Shown here in pieces: positions 1 to 9,050 of a DNA stretch of 64,000 nucleotides. The translations under genes and the position numbers were made by a program. The stretch is taken from assembly GCA_963732385.1 (NCBI GenBank), contig CAVSZB010000004.1, forward strand, positions 64,001 through 128,000, given 5' to 3'. The notes beneath the pieces are model-generated. The model did not search any database. It had not been told where the DNA came from and saw only the letters and a list, made by a program, of their open reading frames with translations. The stretch's first letter is position 1. The number at the start of each line of letters is the position of its first letter. This DNA comes from an uncultured bacterium. Lineage in GTDB: Bacteria > Krumholzibacteriota > Krumholzibacteriia > LZORAL124-64-63.

Positions 1-714
1 CCCCGGCCGGAGATCGACGCCGCACCGGCCGCGATGGCCCCCGCGCCGCTGGAAGCGCGGTCGGCCGGCAGGGATCTGACGCTTTTCCAGAGCCGCGACG
101 GCCGTCTCTATCTGAACGGGGATGATGGTCGCACCCAGGCCGGCTGGCCGGTGGCGGGACCTTCCGCAGCGTCCGGGACCGGTCTGCTCATCGATCTGGA
201 CGGCGATTCCAGCCTGGAAATCTGCGTGGTGGGAGCTTTCGCGCGCATCGAGGGCCGGAACGTGGAGACGGGCGGCCTGCGCACGGATCCGGTTTCGCGC
301 CTGGCGATCTACCGCACGGGGATCGTGGCGGAAGGTGATGGCGGTCCGGGCTGGTCGACATGGCAGGGGAATCCGTGGCGCTGGCCCCTGACGCGCCCGC
401 AGTCCGTCGCCCCGACGTTGCCGGAGCTGATCTTGGCGGGAAGCCACATCTGCTATCCGACGCCGCTGGACCGCGGCCCCCTGCACGTGCGGGCCGAATT
501 CGGGGCCGCGTGTGTGGCGCAGGCCACGCTGTATGATCTGATGGGCCAACTGGTGGCGACTTCGACGGCCGTGGCCATTCCTGGCCGCGGGCCGGGTGAG
601 ATCGTGCTGTCGGCGGAGGGACTCGCCAGCGGGCTTTACCTCTGCCGACTGGTCGCTGAAAGGGCGGGGCTGCCTACCGGGACCAGTGTGGCTCCGGTGG
701 CGGTGGTGCGCTGA
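1..714 (+). CDS. Secreted protein, 5'-truncated: FG-GAP-like motif plus T9SS/FlgD-type C-terminal sorting domain
   Basis: Frame open from base 1. DLDGDSSLEI is FG-GAP-like. C-terminus YPTP...ATLYDLMGQLV...LASGLYLCRL...VAVVR matches the CTD pattern. Directly upstream of the PorV-like gene. Confidence 0.7.
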   Translation, partial: PRPEIDAAPAAMAPAPLEARSAGRDLTLFQSRDGRLYLNGDDGRTQAGWPVAGPSAASGTGLLIDLDGDSSLEICVVGAFARIEGRNVETGGLRTDPVSRLAIYRTGIVAEGDGGPGWSTWQGNPWRWPLTRPQSVAPTLPELILAGSHICYPTPLDRGPLHVRAEFGAACVAQATLYDLMGQLVATSTAVAIPGRGPGEIVLSAEGLASGLYLCRLVAERAGLPTGTSVAPVAVVR

Positions 715-816
715 GGCGGCGGCTTCCGGTGTGGCGCCTCGGACACGGCATTCGTTAGTATGGTGATGCCCCCGGGACGGCGATGTCCGTCGCGTGGCGG
801 CGCAGAAAGGCGGATC

Positions 817-1758
817 ATGGCGCGCGTGAACATGCGAATCGGGACGGTGGCGCTGTGGGCGCTGGCCGCCACCCTGGCCACCGGAGTTTCCGCGGCGCGG
901 GCCGGAAAGCCGGGCGACGCCGGCCTCCTTTTCCTGCGGATGCCGGTGGGGGCGCGCGAAAGCGCGATGGGCGGCGCCGGAGTGGCCGCGCCGACAGGCG
1001 CGGCGGCGGTCTGGTGGAATCCGGCCCGCCTGGCGCTGGCGGGCGGCGGGACCGACCTCCTGCTGCAGCATCAGCGGCTCTACGGCCTGTTCAGCAAGGA
1101 GAGCGCCTGCCTGGCCCACCGCGCGGCGGGGGGCGTGATCGGGGTGCAGTTTTCCGGTTTCTATGCCGACGAGATCGATCGTTACGAGGAGGACACGGTC
1201 GGCGTCCCGCTGGGGACGTTCAAACCATACGACGTCGCCTTCGGCGTGAGCTACGCCCGGCAGGTTGCCGACCGGGTGGCGGTGGGGGCGACCGTGAAAG
1301 TACTGTACGAGAAGATCGACATCTACAGCGACACCGGTTTCGCCGCGGACCTGTTCGTCAGCCACGAAGCGGTGATCGAGGGACTCGTTCTCGGCGCTTC
1401 CGTGACGAATCTGGGCGGACAGATCAATCTGAATGCCGAGCCGTTCGACCTGCCCACCGCGGTGAGGCTGGGCGCTGCCTACGATCCGTCGCACCCGTTC
1501 CTGCGCGGGAAGGTGACGCTGGCCGGAGACATTTTCATGCCCAATGATGGCAATGCGAAGGCGCACATCGGGGCGGAGTACCGGATCGTACCGGAATTCG
1601 CGCTGCGGTTCGGATCGCGTGTCAACTACGACAATCAGGGGTTGACCGCCGGGCTGGGTCTGCGCAAGGGGACGCTCGAGGTGGGCTATGCCTTCGAGGA
1701 GTCCAAGGTTGTGGGTTTCGACGACCTGCACAAGTTCTCGCTCGAACTGCACTACTAA
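817..1758 (+). CDS. PorV/PorQ family outer-membrane beta-barrel (T9SS shuttle-like)
   Basis: Signal peptide, then FLRMPVGARESAMGGAGVA...AVWWNPARLA, typical of the PorV family. Amphipathic strands and a terminal aromatic residue. Confidence 0.8.
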   Translation: MARVNMRIGTVALWALAATLATGVSAARAGKPGDAGLLFLRMPVGARESAMGGAGVAAPTGAAAVWWNPARLALAGGGTDLLLQHQRLYGLFSKESACLAHRAAGGVIGVQFSGFYADEIDRYEEDTVGVPLGTFKPYDVAFGVSYARQVADRVAVGATVKVLYEKIDIYSDTGFAADLFVSHEAVIEGLVLGASVTNLGGQINLNAEPFDLPTAVRLGAAYDPSHPFLRGKVTLAGDIFMPNDGNAKAHIGAEYRIVPEFALRFGSRVNYDNQGLTAGLGLRKGTLEVGYAFEESKVVGFDDLHKFSLELHY

Positions 1759-1831
1759 CCGACGCGTCGGGAGCGTCGAAGGGACGGTCGCGCGCAGGGC
1801 GGAACCCCCGCGCGCCGCGTTTCGGGTCGGA

Positions 1832-2614
1832 TCAGGCGTCGCCCTCGATGTCTCGAGGGGGCAGGTCGGGCAGGGGGTCCTGCGCGAAGTCGAGCAGGTC
1901 GAAGTCGCCGTGGCGCAGGAGACCGTACCCCTCGGTCTGCAGCCACCCAGCAAGGCAGGCCAGGGTCCGGCCGGCGTGCTTGGTGACATAGGGATGATGG
2001 ACATGACCGATGACGAGCAGGTCCCACGGTGCATCTCCGGCTGCGACGAGCTGCTCGCGGGCGCGTCGCTCGATCAGCGAGACCTCGTCGCGCGAGGCCA
2101 TCCGGCTGGTGCCGCTCAGCCAGGTGGAAAAGGCGTACAGCAATTCCGGGTGCAGGGTCTTCGCGCAAAGCACCGCGCTGCGCCTACGGACGAGGGCGCG
2201 GAAGGAGCGGTAGGCCATCCCTCGGGCCAGGAAGCCGTCCCCGTGGTCTAGCCGCACGCGCAGCGTTCCGAACCCGAGCGTGACCGCCTCGCCGTCGCCG
2301 GTCGTGCCGTAGCGCCGCCGCAGGTACTCGGTGGCCCAGATGTCGTGATTGCCGCCGACGAAATGCAGCCGCGTCCCCGCGGCGCGCACAGCATCGAGGG
2401 CGAGGAGCAGTTCCTCGTACCCGTCCAGCCGGAAGTGCGGATAAGCGAACCAGAAATCGAAGATATCACCCAGCAGGACGAGATCGGTGGCGCGGCGTGA
2501 AAATTTGAGAAACTCCAGGAACCGCTCGAGGCGGTTCCGCTCGGCGGCGTCGGGACGAAGATGGAAATGGCTGTCGGCGACGAACAGCACGGTCGATGCG
2601 ATACGGTTGCTCAT
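1832..2614 (-). CDS. lpxH: UDP-2,3-diacylglucosamine diphosphatase (metallophosphoesterase)
   Basis: Motifs DSH, LLGDIFDFW, GGNHD, HGD and GHVH. Confidence 0.85.
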   Translation of the reverse strand: MSNRIASTVLFVADSHFHLRPDAAERNRLERFLEFLKFSRRATDLVLLGDIFDFWFAYPHFRLDGYEELLLALDAVRAAGTRLHFVGGNHDIWATEYLRRRYGTTGDGEAVTLGFGTLRVRLDHGDGFLARGMAYRSFRALVRRRSAVLCAKTLHPELLYAFSTWLSGTSRMASRDEVSLIERRAREQLVAAGDAPWDLLVIGHVHHPYVTKHAGRTLACLAGWLQTEGYGLLRHGDFDLLDFAQDPLPDLPPRDIEGDA

Positions 2615-2694
2615 GAGGCCATCTTTGTATAAGAATGAGACGCCCGCCGCAACTGCGATCTGCGCGGGGTGGTCGCGACGCGCGAGGAGGCACC

Positions 2695-3273
2695 ATGTCG
2701 CTGTGGGAACAGGTCCGGGCCAACATGTCCGATTGGTACGCCGTCGCCGCTGACAAGACGGAGGAGATGGCTCGCATTGGCGTGCGCAAGTACGACAAGT
2801 TCACGATTTCGCGTGATATCGAGCGGGCCTTCACGGATCTGGGAAGCCATGTCTACTCGTCCGTCCGCGAGGGACTGACCGATTTCGCCCACGATGTCGC
2901 GGTTCACGACGCCGTGGAACGGCTGCGCACGCTCGAACTGCAACTCGATCAGAAGGAGCGTGAGATTGCAGTCATCCGGGGGGTGGCCCGGCCCGGCCCG
3001 CATGTCGGCGGCGGGAGCGGAGCGTCTGCGGCGGGTCCTGGCGCGGTGACCAACGCGGATCTTCCCGCCGGCGCCGGGGGCGCGCCACAGACCGGCGAAC
3101 CTGACGATGCCGAGATCGAGGCCTCCCTGGATCCTCTGGGGGGCGTTGGCAGCGGTGCGGAATCCGGCCCCTGGGACGATGAAATCGCGCTCTGGAGCGA
3201 ACCGTTGAATCTCGATGAAGAGTCCGAGGAAACGGGGGGAGCGGCCCGGGACCCGCGCACCGGGATTGATTGA
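2695..3273 (+). CDS. Hypothetical coiled-coil protein with acidic disordered tail
   Basis: SD GAGGAGG before ATG 2695. Helical N-terminal half (KTEEMARIG...LGSHVY...LELQLDQKEREI). Confidence 0.7.
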   Translation: MSLWEQVRANMSDWYAVAADKTEEMARIGVRKYDKFTISRDIERAFTDLGSHVYSSVREGLTDFAHDVAVHDAVERLRTLELQLDQKEREIAVIRGVARPGPHVGGGSGASAAGPGAVTNADLPAGAGGAPQTGEPDDAEIEASLDPLGGVGSGAESGPWDDEIALWSEPLNLDEESEETGGAARDPRTGID

Positions 3274-3298
3274 CACCCGCGCGATTTTCTGCTAAATT
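3270..3298 (+). promoter_or_regulatory. Sigma-70-type promoter upstream of degP-like gene
   Basis: TTGACA-17 nt-TAAATT with an extended TGn. Confidence 0.6.
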
Positions 3299-3442
3299 GT
3301 TCTCCTGTTCCCTGCACTGGGCGGCTCGCCACCGCCTGTCCTGCAATGATCCCCTGCCCGAAACCATGAAACGTGGAGACGTTGTGGTGTGCCCTGTCGC
3401 ACGCCGGCAAACGTCGCCGATTCTCCGGCGCGGGAGTGAAGC

Positions 3443-4921
3443 ATGGGCGTGGCTGGCGGAAGTGAACGCGGCAGTTCGCGACCGGGGCGGCGCGCGGGAT
3501 TCGGGGCTCTAGTAGCGCTGTGGGCGCTCGTCACCGTCGGTGTGTCCGCCGGTGCTGCGCCGGGGCCGGAGACCGGCCGCTCGCCCTTTGCGGCGGTAGT
3601 GAGCCGGGATGGGCCGTCGGTGGTCAATATCCGCGCGATGCGTTCCTCCGGGCCGGGCGGCGTGGAAAGCGGCCCGCTGCAGGAGATGTTCCGCCGTTTC
3701 TTCCCCCGTGGCGAGGATTCGCGGGGCCCACAACTGGATCGTTCCGGCACCGGTTCCGGTTTTGTCGTCTCCGCGGATGGTCTCATCCTCACGAATCACC
3801 ACGTAGTGGCGGGCGCTGATTCGGTGACTGTCCGCTTCAGCGGAGAGCGCGTCGAACACCCGGCCGTGGTGGTCGGCACCGACGCGAACACCGATCTGGC
3901 CCTGCTGAGAATCGCGGTCGGTCGGTCGCTGACCGCCCTGGAGTTCGGCGATTCTGATGCCATCGCGGTCGGTGATTGGGCGATCGCTATCGGCAATCCC
4001 TTCGGCAACCTCGAGGGCAGCGTCACCGTCGGCGTGATCAGCGCCAAGGGACGCGGCGACCTGGTCATCGCAGGCGGAACGCCACGCTATCAGGACTTTA
4101 TCCAGACCGACGCCTCCATCAACTTCGGCAACAGCGGCGGGCCGCTGGTCGACATCGACGGCCGGGTCATCGGTGTCAATACCGCGGTGAACACGGGCGG
4201 GCAGGGGATCAGCTTCGCGGTGCCGAGCAACCTGGCGCAGCGGGTCTGCGCGCAGCTACGTGCGCACGGGCGGGTGATCAGGGGCTGGATCGGCGTGCAA
4301 GCGGCCCGAGTGGTCGTAGCGGATTCCGGCCCTGGCGGCGTGGTCGGCGCCCGTGTGACGGCCGTGCTGCCCGGTTCCCCCGCCGAGGCGGCCGGTCTGG
4401 CCGTGGATGATGTGATCGTGGAGTTTGCCGGTATCGCCGTGGCGGACGATCGGGATCTGCAGTTCCAGATCGCGGCAACCCCCGTGGGCCGGCCGGCGGC
4501 CTGCCTGGTCGAGCGGGCCGGGGAGCGGCGGCGCCTGTCGATCATCCCGACCGAGTTGCCTTCCGGCGGAGAGATCGTGCGGAACCTCGATCCTGCCGCC
4601 GACTGGCTCGGCATGCAGGTCGCGGAGCTGACCGATCCGAGCCCTGGGGTGAGGCAGTTGATGGAGGCTCTCGGAGTGCCGGAGGGGAACGGGATCATTG
4701 TGACGGTGGTGCGGCCGGAGGGGCAGGCGGCTGCGGCGGGGATCCGCCCCGGCGATGTCGTGGCCGCCGTGGCTGGCCAGTCGATCGCCGGGCTGGACGA
4801 TCTGCGGCGGGTGCGTGGTGAGGTAGACGGCCGCCAACAGCCCCTCGAGCTTCTGATCCGGACCGGAACCCTGGAACGAGTGGTGCGCGTCCGGCCCGAT
4901 CGCCCGGACGCTGACGGGTGA
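3443..4921 (+). CDS. degP: Do/DegP/HtrA family serine endoprotease with two PDZ domains
   Basis: GSGFVV, TNHHVV, DLALL, IQTDASINFGNSGGPL and two PDZ-like segments. Confidence 0.9.
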   Translation: MGVAGGSERGSSRPGRRAGFGALVALWALVTVGVSAGAAPGPETGRSPFAAVVSRDGPSVVNIRAMRSSGPGGVESGPLQEMFRRFFPRGEDSRGPQLDRSGTGSGFVVSADGLILTNHHVVAGADSVTVRFSGERVEHPAVVVGTDANTDLALLRIAVGRSLTALEFGDSDAIAVGDWAIAIGNPFGNLEGSVTVGVISAKGRGDLVIAGGTPRYQDFIQTDASINFGNSGGPLVDIDGRVIGVNTAVNTGGQGISFAVPSNLAQRVCAQLRAHGRVIRGWIGVQAARVVVADSGPGGVVGARVTAVLPGSPAEAAGLAVDDVIVEFAGIAVADDRDLQFQIAATPVGRPAACLVERAGERRRLSIIPTELPSGGEIVRNLDPAADWLGMQVAELTDPSPGVRQLMEALGVPEGNGIIVTVVRPEGQAAAAGIRPGDVVAAVAGQSIAGLDDLRRVRGEVDGRQQPLELLIRTGTLERVVRVRPDRPDADG

Positions 4922-4990
4922 TGGAGTTTTGATGATGGGTGGGTGATGGATGGAACAGCCGGTGCCGAATAACAACCCTGCGGAAGGCCG

Positions 4991-5857
4991 GTGATCAGGA
5001 TGAAACGTCGTAACTCGCTCCTGCCGCCGACGCACGAGAAGAGCCTGGAGGTCTATTTTCGCGAGATCAACCGCTACCCTCTGCTGACGCGTGAACAGGA
5101 GGCGGAGTTCGCGCGTCGCATCCACGAAGGGGACCAGCAGGCGCTGCAGTCCCTGGTGAATGCGAACCTGCGTTTCGTGGTGTCGGTGGCCAAGCGCTAC
5201 GTGAGCCAGGGGCTGACCCTGCCGGACCTCATCAACGAAGGCAACATGGGTCTGCTCAAGGCGGCGCATCGCTTCGACGAGAAGCGCGGGTACAAGTTCA
5301 TTTCCTACGCGGTCTGGTGGGTCCGACAGTCGATCCTGCAGGCGCTGCTCGACCAGGCACGCCTCGTGCGTCTGCCACAGAATCAGTCGGCCCTGCTCAT
5401 GAAGATCAATCGGGCGCGGCATGCCCTGCAGGGAGCGTCCGGAGGGCAGGTCGATGCGGAACAGATCGCGCAGCATATCGGCCGTCATGTGGAGGAGGTG
5501 CGCCACGCGCTGGGCCATGCCGGTCAGGAACTGACGTTGGACGATTGCGGTGGCGAGGGCGATGAGCGGTCGCTGGCCGAATCTCTGGTGGATGACAACC
5601 AGCCGGCGCCTGACGTTCCGCTTTTCGAGCGGGGTCTGCAGGAGGATGTGCGCCGTTGTCTGACGGCGTTGACCCCGCGAGAGGCCGACATCATCGTCCT
5701 CTATTTCGGGCTGGGCTCGGAGGAGGCCCTGACGCTGGAGGAGATCGGCCAGCGGATGGGACTGACCCGGGAGCGGATCCGGCAGATCAAGGAGAAGGCG
5801 TTGACCAGGATGCGGGGTTCGCTGGGGCAGGCCCTGCTGGCGGATTACTACAAGTAG
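4991..5857 (+). CDS. RNA polymerase sigma-70 factor, RpoD/SigA family, short form lacking region 1.1
   Basis: ANLRFVVSVAK, DLINEGNMGL, KFISYAVWWVRQSI and TLEEIG...TRERIRQIKEKAL. Confidence 0.92.
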   Translation: MIRMKRRNSLLPPTHEKSLEVYFREINRYPLLTREQEAEFARRIHEGDQQALQSLVNANLRFVVSVAKRYVSQGLTLPDLINEGNMGLLKAAHRFDEKRGYKFISYAVWWVRQSILQALLDQARLVRLPQNQSALLMKINRARHALQGASGGQVDAEQIAQHIGRHVEEVRHALGHAGQELTLDDCGGEGDERSLAESLVDDNQPAPDVPLFERGLQEDVRRCLTALTPREADIIVLYFGLGSEEALTLEEIGQRMGLTRERIRQIKEKALTRMRGSLGQALLADYYK

Positions 5858-5943
5858 GGAGCGGAGTCGGGGCCGGTGTGGGCCGGCCTGTTTGGGCGTT
5901 ATTTGATCTTTTGATACGCGAAGGCCGCAGTTTCGACTCAGGC

Positions 5944-5971
5944 TTGACACCGGCCGGGCGATCTGTATGTT
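5944..5971 (+). promoter_or_regulatory. Sigma-70-type promoter upstream of M23 peptidase/amidase genes
   Basis: TTGACA-16 nt-TATGTT. Confidence 0.5.
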
Positions 5972-6036
5972 GATGCCTGCTGTTTTGCCGCCGGGAAATC
6001 CGATCTGACCGCACCGATTCCGCGGTGTTGGAGGCT

Positions 6037-6969
6037 ATGCTCCGCAAGCGCCACTACACCTTTCTGTATGTCCCGGACGATCACGCGCAGATGCGCCGGG
6101 TGCGGCTGCCCAGGGGGGCCGTGCTGGGTGGTGGCGCGGGGTTGCTGATCTTGGTGGTGCTTGCTCTCTGTTTCGTGGCCGGTTTCGGACGACACCCGGC
6201 CGGACCGACCGGGGGATCACGCGGCCTTGCCGCGGAGAATGCGGGCCTGCGGGCGGAGCTCACGCGGCTGGAGCAGAAGGTCTCTCTGCTGCGGCAGGAT
6301 CTGACCGCCTCTTTCCGCCTTCAGGACACCGTGGCTTTGACGGTTGGACTCGATACGCTCGGGTCCGTCGTGCAGGCGGCGGGAATCGGCGGGCGGGAAC
6401 CGCTGCCGGTTTCGCCGACGCTGCCGGCCGCGCGCGAGAATGCCAGGCTGGCCGGTCTCGATCTCACCCTCGATCAGATGCTGCGCCAGGCCAGGGTCCA
6501 GCGCCAGGGATACCAGACGATTCTGGATACGTTGAGCGGTCGCGCCTCCCGGCGCGATCGGATCCCCTCGATCCGCCCGGTGGACGGGGGCTGGGTGACC
6601 TCGGGGTTCGGCCAGAGGAACGATCCGTTCACGGGCCGGGCGACCCTGCATGAGGGCACCGACTTCTCCGTGCCCATGGGCACGGACGTCCACGTGACCG
6701 CCGACGGTGTCGTGCGCGAAGTCTCCTTCGAACGGGGTTTCGGGCACTGCGTCGTGGTCCAGCACGATAGTCGCACCGCCACCCGCTACGCGCACCTATC
6801 GCGGATTCTGGTCGAACGGGGCGTCGCGGTGCACCGCGGCCAGGTCATCGCGCTCTCGGGTCGGAGCGGACGCGCCACATCGCCTCATCTGCACTACGAG
6901 CTGCTGGTCGGCGGCAGACCGGTCGATCCGCTGCCGCATATCCTGGAAAGCTACGCCAGGCGGCGTTGA
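6037..6969 (+). CDS. M23 family metallopeptidase with N-terminal TM and coiled coil
   Basis: HEGTDF, YAHLS and SPHLHYE motifs; SD GGAGG. Confidence 0.9.
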   Translation: MLRKRHYTFLYVPDDHAQMRRVRLPRGAVLGGGAGLLILVVLALCFVAGFGRHPAGPTGGSRGLAAENAGLRAELTRLEQKVSLLRQDLTASFRLQDTVALTVGLDTLGSVVQAAGIGGREPLPVSPTLPAARENARLAGLDLTLDQMLRQARVQRQGYQTILDTLSGRASRRDRIPSIRPVDGGWVTSGFGQRNDPFTGRATLHEGTDFSVPMGTDVHVTADGVVREVSFERGFGHCVVVQHDSRTATRYAHLSRILVERGVAVHRGQVIALSGRSGRATSPHLHYELLVGGRPVDPLPHILESYARRR

Positions 6970-7079
6970 ATCGCCCCGGCTCGATCCACGCTGGTAAAGT
7001 CCGTTTCACGGCCGACAGCCCTGTGCTATCTTCCTGCCTGCCCGGCCGGCGAGGCCGGGAAGAGGAGCGTCCGGTTGGC

Positions 7080-8639
7080 ATGAGGCCTTTGTGGCGGGAA
7101 TTGAGATTGGCGGGGGTGGGCGGCTTCACCCTGCTCTGGCTGGGTGTGGGCCTCTGCTCGCCCGCCCTGGCCGGGGCGGCGAAGGCCCGCGCGACCGTCG
7201 TGCGGCAGGTCCGTACCTGGACGGCTCCCGACCACACGCGGATCGTGCTCGATCTGAGCGGCCCGACCGCGTACGAGGTCAGGCGGGTGACGAATCCGGA
7301 CCGGGTCGCGGTTAATATCGCCGGCGCGCGGTTCGCGTCCACATCCGCCCTGACGGTTGGTGACGGGGTCGTGGCGAAGGTGCGCCGCAACGCGCTGCGT
7401 GGCCGGGCCCAGTTGGTGATCGACCTGGGAGGGGCCGGCGAAATCCGCCACTTCCGGTTGCCGGCCGCGAATGGTCGGCCGCACCGGATTGTCGTGGATG
7501 TGTTCCGGCCGGTCGTGGTGGCGGCGCCGCCGGTCGGTTCCGGGGCGTCTGTCACAACTGACCCCGCCAGTACCGGGATGGTGGCCGGGGGGGACTCCGG
7601 AGCGATCGCGGAAGTGACGCCCGATTCAGGTGGTTCTCCGGAGGTGGCCGGCACGCCGCCCCTGGACGAGGGGAATCCCGGGCGCGCACAGGGGCCGGCG
7701 ACTCTCGCCACCACGGATGCAGCCGCGGCGTTGCCGGACCAGACCGCCGCCGTGGTGCCGACGCGCCTTTTCACAGTGATCATCGATCCCGGTCACGGCG
7801 GCATGGACCCGGGAGCGATCCGTAGCGGTGTGCAGGAGAAGGATATCACCTTGGAGGTGGCTCGGGAGATGGCGCGGCAGATCGCCGCGATCCCCGACTG
7901 CCGGGTCGTCCTGACCCGGGACGGGGATTACTTCGTCAGTCTGGCCGATCGCGTGCGGATTGCCCGCCGGGAGCGGGGTGATATCTTCGTCTCGCTTCAC
8001 TGCAACACGCACCCGCGGACCAGCACCGACGGCATGGAGGTATATTTTCTCTCTCTCCAGGGGGCGACCGACCGCGAAGCCCAGGAACTGGCCGACAAGG
8101 AGAATGCGGCCGACATGGTCGGGCTGCCGCCGGACGAGGCCTATGACGATTCGGTGTTGTCGATACTGATGGACCTGCGCATGGCGCGGGTGCTCGACCA
8201 GTCGAGCCGGCTGGCGGAGGCGATCCTGCAGTCGGCGCGCGGCTCGAATCTGATCGGCGCGCGCAGGGTCAAGCAGGCGCGCTTCCAGGTGCTGCGGTCG
8301 CTGGCGATGCCTTCGGCTCTGGTGGAGATGGCGTATCTTTCCAACGCTGGCGATCGGACGGTGCTGAACGTCGCCGCGGGACGCAGGCGGCTGGCCGGAC
8401 TGGTGGCCGATGGAGTGCTCTCCTGGCGCGGTGTCCCGGCGCCGTCGGCCGGTGACGGCGTGCCGCTCGCGGGCGCCGTCGATGCCTGGCGGCGGCGGTA
8501 TCGCGTGCGCCGTGGGGATACGCTCTGGGATCTGGCGCGACGGCACGGCACGACGATCGCGGAAATCTGCCGGCAAAACAGCCTGTCGGCGGCGAAAATC
8601 AGGGCAGGCCAGAATCTGCGCCTGCCGGGCGCGGACTGA
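7080..8639 (+). CDS. N-acetylmuramoyl-L-alanine amidase (AMIN + Amidase_3 + LysM)
   Basis: HTRIVLDL (AMIN); IDPGHGGMDPGA, SLHCN, SALVEMAYLSN (amidase); C-terminal YRVRRGDTLWDLA (LysM). Confidence 0.9.
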   Translation: MRPLWRELRLAGVGGFTLLWLGVGLCSPALAGAAKARATVVRQVRTWTAPDHTRIVLDLSGPTAYEVRRVTNPDRVAVNIAGARFASTSALTVGDGVVAKVRRNALRGRAQLVIDLGGAGEIRHFRLPAANGRPHRIVVDVFRPVVVAAPPVGSGASVTTDPASTGMVAGGDSGAIAEVTPDSGGSPEVAGTPPLDEGNPGRAQGPATLATTDAAAALPDQTAAVVPTRLFTVIIDPGHGGMDPGAIRSGVQEKDITLEVAREMARQIAAIPDCRVVLTRDGDYFVSLADRVRIARRERGDIFVSLHCNTHPRTSTDGMEVYFLSLQGATDREAQELADKENAADMVGLPPDEAYDDSVLSILMDLRMARVLDQSSRLAEAILQSARGSNLIGARRVKQARFQVLRSLAMPSALVEMAYLSNAGDRTVLNVAAGRRRLAGLVADGVLSWRGVPAPSAGDGVPLAGAVDAWRRRYRVRRGDTLWDLARRHGTTIAEICRQNSLSAAKIRAGQNLRLPGAD

Positions 8640-8645
8640 GGACGG

Positions 8646-9050
8646 ATGAAGCGGATCGGGCTCAAACTGATCTGTCTGCTCGCGGCGCTGGTGCTCTGGC
8701 TCCAGGTCGCCGCCACGACCGTGGTGGATGACACCGTGGCGATGCCGCTGCAGGCGGTCGGGCTGCGGGAAGGGACAGCGCCCGCGTCGGGCGACCTGCC
8801 GCGTTCGGTTCGGGTGCGGGTGCGGGGCAGCAAACTGCAGTTGGTGGCCCATCGGTATTTCGGGCAGCGCGTCGGGACCGTGGTGGTCGATCTGGCGCGT
8901 CCCGCGCCCGGCAGCATTGTCGAGCAGGACGTCGGGACGGAGGACGTGCGGTCCGAACTGTCCGCGCTGTCCATCACACCGCCCGTTCGCCTGCGCGTCC
9001 GCATGGTGAACGCGGTCGCGGCGGCCGGTGGCGGGGAGGCGCGACGGTGA
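8646..9050 (+). CDS. YbbR/CdaR-like small membrane-anchored protein
   Basis: LKLICLLAALVLWLQV TM followed by P.SVRVRVRG and VDL, as in YbbR domains. Confidence 0.55.
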   Translation: MKRIGLKLICLLAALVLWLQVAATTVVDDTVAMPLQAVGLREGTAPASGDLPRSVRVRVRGSKLQLVAHRYFGQRVGTVVVDLARPAPGSIVEQDVGTEDVRSELSALSITPPVRLRVRMVNAVAAAGGGEARR

